Source: Chloroflexota bacterium (GTDB taxonomy: Bacteria; Chloroflexota; Dehalococcoidia; UBA2247; RBG-13-53-26). Taken from it: a DNA stretch of 62,933 nt. A program made the position numbers and the translations under genes. Shown here piece after piece: positions 58,037 through 62,933 of this stretch. The notes under the pieces are model-generated. The model was not told the origin of the DNA and did no database searches. It worked only from the letters and a program-made list of their open reading frames with translations. The stretch covers positions 1 through 62,933 of the forward strand of contig VGOE01000003.1 of assembly GCA_016876035.1 (NCBI GenBank). The letters are read 5' to 3'. The first letter of the stretch is position 1. Each line of letters begins with the position of its first letter.

Positions 58037-58855
58037 CTAGGCAAGGAAGTTTAACAACTGTGATCCAACCCATAGTGATGGCACCAATATCAATGCAAGT
58101 TTGTGCACCCGGTCAGCATCAGATGTCTGCTTCCTGTCCACATAGTAGAGAGCAACCAGCGTGCTCACAAGCGATGCTGTTAGGGCAAAGTAATTCAGCA
58201 GCATGAAGCGGTCACCCAAGGTGAGGTAACCCAGTGGGGGCAGCGATGAAGTCATATTCAAATGGAAGAGGACAGCACCGGTGAATGCCCCCGTATTCAA
58301 AGTCAATCGTGGAATAATCTTGTCCGGCGACAAGACTAGAGACAGCAGGCCAACTATGGCAATAACCAGCGCCGGAAGAATGGTTTTCAAGATAGCAGCT
58401 AATGGCGAGCGGTGGATTTGAATGCTGAAGACATAGCGCGAAAAAGTGGTACCATAGGGTTCATAGTAGTGCTCGTCAAGGTCAGCTTTCCACCCGTCAA
58501 TCGCCCATCCGGCAATCTTCACTGACGGGTCTAAGCCACTATCCTCGAGGCTTACCTGATATACTTGAGTGCGGGCCGTTTGCTCTTTATCCTCCAGTTC
58601 GATAATCAGGTTGTGGTGGTCAAAGGGGTAACGGCTGAGATTCAAATTGCTGGCAAGAGAAGCCTGAATCCGGTAGAATTTCTCTGTCGGCTCATCAACC
58701 GACTTGTCTATCGATGTGGCGCGACCATTGGAGAACTCGAAGTTCCCGGGGCTAGAGGGCTCATCAGAAGAAAAGGAGAGGTAGAAGTCAATGGTAAAAG
58801 CTCCTGTGGATGTATCCAGCTTGCCAACATTGAGAACATAAACCCCCACTTTCAC
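58037..58855 (-). CDS. Pentameric ligand-gated ion channel (GLIC/ELIC-like); signal peptide separated by in-frame TAG
   Basis: V.VGVY, F..DFYL, YPFD, GW, M1 Pro (ILPAL), M2-M3 LPPLGYLT..D, four TM helices; upstream in-frame signal to about 59029. Confidence 0.85.
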   Translation of the reverse strand: MKVGVYVLNVGKLDTSTGAFTIDFYLSFSSDEPSSPGNFEFSNGRATSIDKSVDEPTEKFYRIQASLASNLNLSRYPFDHHNLIIELEDKEQTARTQVYQVSLEDSGLDPSVKIAGWAIDGWKADLDEHYYEPYGTTFSRYVFSIQIHRSPLAAILKTILPALVIAIVGLLSLVLSPDKIIPRLTLNTGAFTGAVLFHLNMTSSLPPLGYLTLGDRFMLLNYFALTASLVSTLVALYYVDRKQTSDADRVHKLALILVPSLWVGSQLLNFLA

Positions 58856-59240
58856 AACCTTCGGTCCCTGTTCGGGCTGGTTGAGAGAGAGCTGTGTTCC
58901 ATTGTCGGACGGAACCTACGCTTCCGTAGGCTCGAGACAACCTGCGAGACATATGAGGGAACTGAATATGCTAAAGAGAAACAGGAGCGCTAAGACCTGT
59001 GGGAGTCGTTTCGTTCTAATATTTGCTACCGAAGATGAAATATATACTGCTGGATGGGTGAGTGTCAAAATACAAATCGCCGGCTAGCTACACCAGCGGC
59101 TATCACTAATATATAATTGTGCTGTTGGTACAGTAGATTATTGCCTTGAAAACTGCTGAGGGAAGACCCTTTCAATGCTTGACCGGTAGTCCTGCGCACC
59201 AGATAGGATGAAAGGGACGACATAGATAAGGAGGTAGAAG

Positions 59241-60458
59241 ATGGCCATGGCACTCGAAGGTATAAGAGTTCTGGACTGGACACAGTTCCAGCAGGGCCCG
59301 GTGTCAACCATGCTTCTGGGCGATTTGGGTGCTGATGTGATCAAGATAGAGGATCGCGTTACCGGCGACCGAGGGAGGGGTGTGATGAGGGTGGGTGGGA
59401 GCAGTGTAGCCGAAAGCTTGACGCAACGGGACCCTTATTTTGAGATCGGGAACCGGAACAAGAGAAGCATCACCCTCGACCTGAAGAAGGACAGAGGCAA
59501 GGAAATCGTCTACAAGCTCGTGGAGAAGTCGGACGTTTTCGTTCACAACTTTCGTTCTGATACGGTGGAAAGACTGGGGCTGGACTACAAGACTCTCTCT
59601 AAGCACAGCAGGCGGCTGATATATGCCCAGGCCTCGGGATGGGGATCGAAAGGCCCAGACAAGGACGCCCCAGGCTTCGACTCCGCTGGACTGGCCAGAT
59701 CCGGCTTCTGGACGCTCCTCACTGAGCCGGGCCGTGATCCGCAGTATCCCCAGGGAGGGATAGCCGACCAAATGGGAGCCATGACGATGGCCTTCGGCGT
59801 ACTGGCTGCACTGGTACACAGAGAGAGAACGGGAATGGGACAGAAGGTAGATGCCTCAATACTAGGAGGAATAAGTTTTCTGGTGGCCTATCCCTTGACT
59901 TTCTACACCATGTGTGGCATTCCTCCGCTGTTTGTTAACAGAGATACCCCCTGGAACCCGCTTTATAACCAATACAAGTGCAGTGACGGCAGATGGATTG
60001 CAGTGATTCTTGTGCCACCAGACCAGTATTGGCCTGCTTTCTGTAAGGCGATGGGGCTTCAGGAACTGGAGACAGACCCTCGCTTCGACAGCATAGATAC
60101 CAGGCAGAATAATTCACAAGAGTTGATCAGAATTCTGGATGAAAGATTCGCCACCAGGCCAAGTCAGGAATGGGCAAAGATGCTGCGTCAGCACGACCTT
60201 GTGTTCTCAATCATCAACACCGTTGAGGAATTCGCTAATGACCCTCAGTCCCTGGCGAATGAATACGTCACTGAGTTCGATCATCCCGTTTGGGGTAGGA
60301 TCAAGGTGGCAGGTTTTCCCGTCGATTACAGCAAGACCCCTTGCTCCATAAGGAGGGAGGCCCCCGAGTTTGGCCAGCATACCGAGGAAGTACTTAGGGA
60401 TGTATTGGGCTATACTTGGGAGGGAATCAGCCAGTTGAAAGATGAGGAGGTCATTTAG
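59241..60458 (+). CDS. Family III CoA-transferase (CaiB/BaiF)
   Basis: LEGIRVLD....GP....LGDLGADVIKIE, NRNKRSITLDLK, conserved Asp (GIADQMG), APEFGQHT. Confidence 0.93.
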   Translation: MAMALEGIRVLDWTQFQQGPVSTMLLGDLGADVIKIEDRVTGDRGRGVMRVGGSSVAESLTQRDPYFEIGNRNKRSITLDLKKDRGKEIVYKLVEKSDVFVHNFRSDTVERLGLDYKTLSKHSRRLIYAQASGWGSKGPDKDAPGFDSAGLARSGFWTLLTEPGRDPQYPQGGIADQMGAMTMAFGVLAALVHRERTGMGQKVDASILGGISFLVAYPLTFYTMCGIPPLFVNRDTPWNPLYNQYKCSDGRWIAVILVPPDQYWPAFCKAMGLQELETDPRFDSIDTRQNNSQELIRILDERFATRPSQEWAKMLRQHDLVFSIINTVEEFANDPQSLANEYVTEFDHPVWGRIKVAGFPVDYSKTPCSIRREAPEFGQHTEEVLRDVLGYTWEGISQLKDEEVI

Positions 60459-60476
60459 GTCTGAAGGAGGTAACAG

Positions 60477-62684
60477 GTGGCTAAGATGAGTACGGGCAAG
60501 ACGGACAAGGGGACGAGGATAGTCCCGACTGCGGCCTGTTATGACTGCGGCGGGCGATGTGTTATCAAGGTGCATGTTAAGGAGGGCGTTGCTTTAAGGG
60601 TAGAGACGGATGACGGTGAGGAGCCGCAGTTAAGGGCCTGTGCCCGTGGGCATGCCTTGCGCTGGCAAGAATATTCCCCTGAGCGCCTTCGCTTCCCTCA
60701 GAAGAGGGTGGGCCAGAGGGGCGAAGGCAAATTTGAGCGCATATCGTGGGATGAGGCGCTGGATAAAGTAGCCAGCGAGCTCGTACGTATCAAGCAGACC
60801 TACGGTCCCAAGGCTATCCTGGCCTTGACCCTTTCCGGTGGTGTGGGCACGCTCCACACCGGCAACATGACCCTGCGCCAGCTTCTCAGTAGCTTTGGCG
60901 GTTACACCTCTGCCTGGGGTGACGCTTCGGCAGAGGGTGCTGTCTTCGCTGCTAGAGCCACTTATGGCACGCTAACAAATGGCAATACCAGGGATGATCT
61001 GGTCAACTCACGGCTCATCATCCTCTGGGGGCTGAACCCGGCTACCTCTATCTACAGTACCAATACCAGCCTGTATCTGGTGCAAGCCAAAGAGGCTGGT
61101 GCCAGGATCGTCGTTGTTGACCCCAGATACAGCAATACGGCTGCACTCCTGGCCGACCAGTGGATCCCCATTAGGCCAGGAACAGACACTGCTGTGATGG
61201 CTGCCATGGCTTATGTTATGATCAACGAAAATCTCCACGACCAGCCCTTCCTCGATAAATACACCCTCGGCTTTGATAGGTTCAGAGACTATGTGATGGG
61301 GTTGGAGGATAGCGTTCCCAAGACGCCAGCATGGGCTGAAGCCAAAAGCGGTGTTCCCGCCAACACCATAGTAGCGCTGGCGCGTGAGTACGCCACCACC
61401 AAGCCATCGGCACTTATTCCTGGATTTGCTCCGGGCCGGAGTGCCTTTGGTGAGCAGTTTCATCGCATGTCTTCTACCCTGGCTGCCATGACTGGCAACG
61501 TTGGCATCCATGGTGGCTGTGCCGCCGGTTTCGAACGGCCCCTCATTGGGCCCATGGTCCCGCCTGGCTTCGCTAAGCATTTTGAGGGTGGCCCGTACGA
61601 GGAGCGCTTAAGACAACTGGATGTCTCCCGCCGTCTCCGCAGGCAACCCCATGCTTGCCACCTGTGGGATTTTGTACTTAAGGGAACGGCAGGGGGCTAC
61701 GCCACAGACCTGACAATGGCTTACATTGCCTTCGCCAACCCTCTGAACCAGTTCCCAAATATCAACAAAGGGGTTGAGGCGCTGAAGAAACTGGAGTTTG
61801 TCGTCGTCCACGAGCAATTCATGACGCCTACGGCCAGGTTCGCCGATATCCTGCTGCCCGTGACTACGGTTTGGGAGAGAAACGATTTCGCCCGCCCCTG
61901 GCTTGGGGGATCCTATTTCCTCTATATGAACAAGGCGGTCGAGCCGCCGGAGGATGTCAAGTCCGATTTTGAAATATGCCGCGAGTTGGCAATAAGGCTG
62001 GGCGTCCAGAATACTTATTTTGAGATGTCGGAAGAGGAAGCCATAGGCCGACTAGTGGAAGCCATGGAAGATGTGATGCCGGAGATTGGCGACTACCAGA
62101 AATTCAAAGGGAGGGGAGTGCATAAGATGAAGCCGCCTGGTCCGGTGATCAGCTTCAAAAAGCAAATCGAGGACCCGGACAATAATCCCTTCCCCACGCT
62201 GTCCGGGAGGATAGAAATCTACTCCCAGCTTATTGCTGATCTGAATAATCCCAATACCCCACCCGTTCCCAAGCATATTGACACCTGGGAAGGCCCAGAA
62301 GACCCGCTGGCCAAGAAATACCCCTTGCAACTTATGACCGTCCATCAAAAGAACAGGGCACACTCATGCTTCGACAACAATCCCCTGTTGAGGGAGATAG
62401 AGCCGCAAAGCCTGCTGCTGAGCAGAAAGGATGCTGAATCTCGAGGCATCAAGGACGGAGAAGCCGTCAGGGTTTTCAATGACCGCGGGGAGACTGTCAT
62501 TCGAGCCAGGGTGACTGAGTGCATCATGCCCGGCGTGGTATCCCTGGGCGAAGGTGCCTGGTATAAGCCTGATGGCCAAGGGAGGGATCGGGCGGGCAGC
62601 CCTAACATGCTAACCCGCGACAGCTATGCGCCTGGCGGTGCCTTTCCATTCAACACAGCCTTGGTAGAGGTGGAGAAGGTTTAA
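60477..62684 (+). CDS. Mo/W-bisPGD oxidoreductase catalytic subunit (DmsA-like, no Tat signal)
   Basis: CYDCGGRC...C [4Fe-4S], ERL..P..R.G.RG.GKF.RISWDEA, GDAS (Ser ligand position), IRPGTD.A, ADI.LP, HS. Confidence 0.9.
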   Translation: MAKMSTGKTDKGTRIVPTAACYDCGGRCVIKVHVKEGVALRVETDDGEEPQLRACARGHALRWQEYSPERLRFPQKRVGQRGEGKFERISWDEALDKVASELVRIKQTYGPKAILALTLSGGVGTLHTGNMTLRQLLSSFGGYTSAWGDASAEGAVFAARATYGTLTNGNTRDDLVNSRLIILWGLNPATSIYSTNTSLYLVQAKEAGARIVVVDPRYSNTAALLADQWIPIRPGTDTAVMAAMAYVMINENLHDQPFLDKYTLGFDRFRDYVMGLEDSVPKTPAWAEAKSGVPANTIVALAREYATTKPSALIPGFAPGRSAFGEQFHRMSSTLAAMTGNVGIHGGCAAGFERPLIGPMVPPGFAKHFEGGPYEERLRQLDVSRRLRRQPHACHLWDFVLKGTAGGYATDLTMAYIAFANPLNQFPNINKGVEALKKLEFVVVHEQFMTPTARFADILLPVTTVWERNDFARPWLGGSYFLYMNKAVEPPEDVKSDFEICRELAIRLGVQNTYFEMSEEEAIGRLVEAMEDVMPEIGDYQKFKGRGVHKMKPPGPVISFKKQIEDPDNNPFPTLSGRIEIYSQLIADLNNPNTPPVPKHIDTWEGPEDPLAKKYPLQLMTVHQKNRAHSCFDNNPLLREIEPQSLLLSRKDAESRGIKDGEAVRVFNDRGETVIRARVTECIMPGVVSLGEGAWYKPDGQGRDRAGSPNMLTRDSYAPGGAFPFNTALVEVEKV

Positions 62685-62828
62685 CCCTTTGATTGATCCT
62701 GTGTCGCCTGATAAAGAAACAATCTTTGGCCAATATGGAGATTGCCCTCTATTCAGAGCACTGTCGCAACAACCATAAACCGGGACTACCCTTCAGTTTT
62801 GCAATGAAGTGAAAGATCTGATTCTGTA

Positions 62829-62858
62829 TTGCATTCAAGATGACAGTTAATATATAAT
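62829..62858 (+). promoter_or_regulatory. Sigma70-type promoter
   Basis: TTGCAT 62829-34, N18, TATAAT 62853-58. Confidence 0.5.
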
Positions 62859-62878
62859 ATTGCCATGGAGGTGATTCC

Positions 62879-62933
62879 ATGGCAAGAAGAGCCCGGTTTT
62901 CGGATGAGGAAGTAACAAGAGCATGTGAACTCA
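62879..62933 (+). CDS. 5' end of an unidentified gene (runs off right edge)
   Basis: SD GGAGGTG, then ATG: MARRARFSDEEVTRACEL. Confidence 0.55.
   Translation, partial: MARRARFSDEEVTRACEL

Noticed and set aside
58916-58918. Pyrrolysine decoding of the pLGIC TAG
   Set aside because: No pyl genes in the window, the position is a non-catalytic linker, and TAG ends several ordinary genes here.
1-62933. CRISPR array, rRNA, intact tRNA, integrase or prophage genes
   Set aside because: No regularly spaced repeats, rRNA-like sequence, complete cloverleaf or phage hallmark ORFs were seen.

Overview
A 62.9 kb bacterial window (visually ~50-57% GC, not computed). Gene content (hspR, dnaK, rplI-dnaB-dnaD-tandem dnaC, orphan lipoprotein solute-binding proteins, Hdr/Mvh cluster) suggests an anaerobic Chloroflexota, probably Dehalococcoidia; this is inference, not a database result. 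Left to right: (1) an acetone-carboxylase-like acxABC trio plus an SBP, flanked by two same-strand IS3-family pieces; (2) hspR-dnaK with a consensus promoter and a HAIR-like operator; (3) a block between dnaK and clpB holding a KamA-family radical SAM enzyme, a TrpB2 paralog whose PLP lysine is replaced by Glu, TetR with a palindromic operator, two MscS genes (one fused to DUF5752), otsA, otsB, treT and a P-type ATPase; (4) clpB, recD2; (5) SBPs, GGCT, an OYE-family reductase and an NMO/FabK-like flavoenzyme; (6) a 10 kb redox cluster hdrA-mvhD-(rubredoxin/cNMP)-hdrD-like-(methanogenesis marker 9-like)-GltD-like/ferredoxin-mvhD-mvhG-mvhA; (7) hicBA, an orphan histidine kinase and a PIN fragment; (8) the replication operon, an EF-hand-bearing HtpX and mtaB; (9) decayed fragments, a pentameric ligand-gated ion channel whose lipoprotein signal is cut off by an in-frame TAG, a CoA-transferase and a cytoplasmic Mo-bisPGD enzyme. 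The best candidates for undescribed biology are the GltD-like/MvhDGA hydrogenase module and its accessory proteins, the lysine-less TrpB2, the MscS-DUF5752 fusion and the pLGIC. All family calls come from motif recognition by eye; no searches were run. No CRISPR array, rRNA or intact tRNA was seen.
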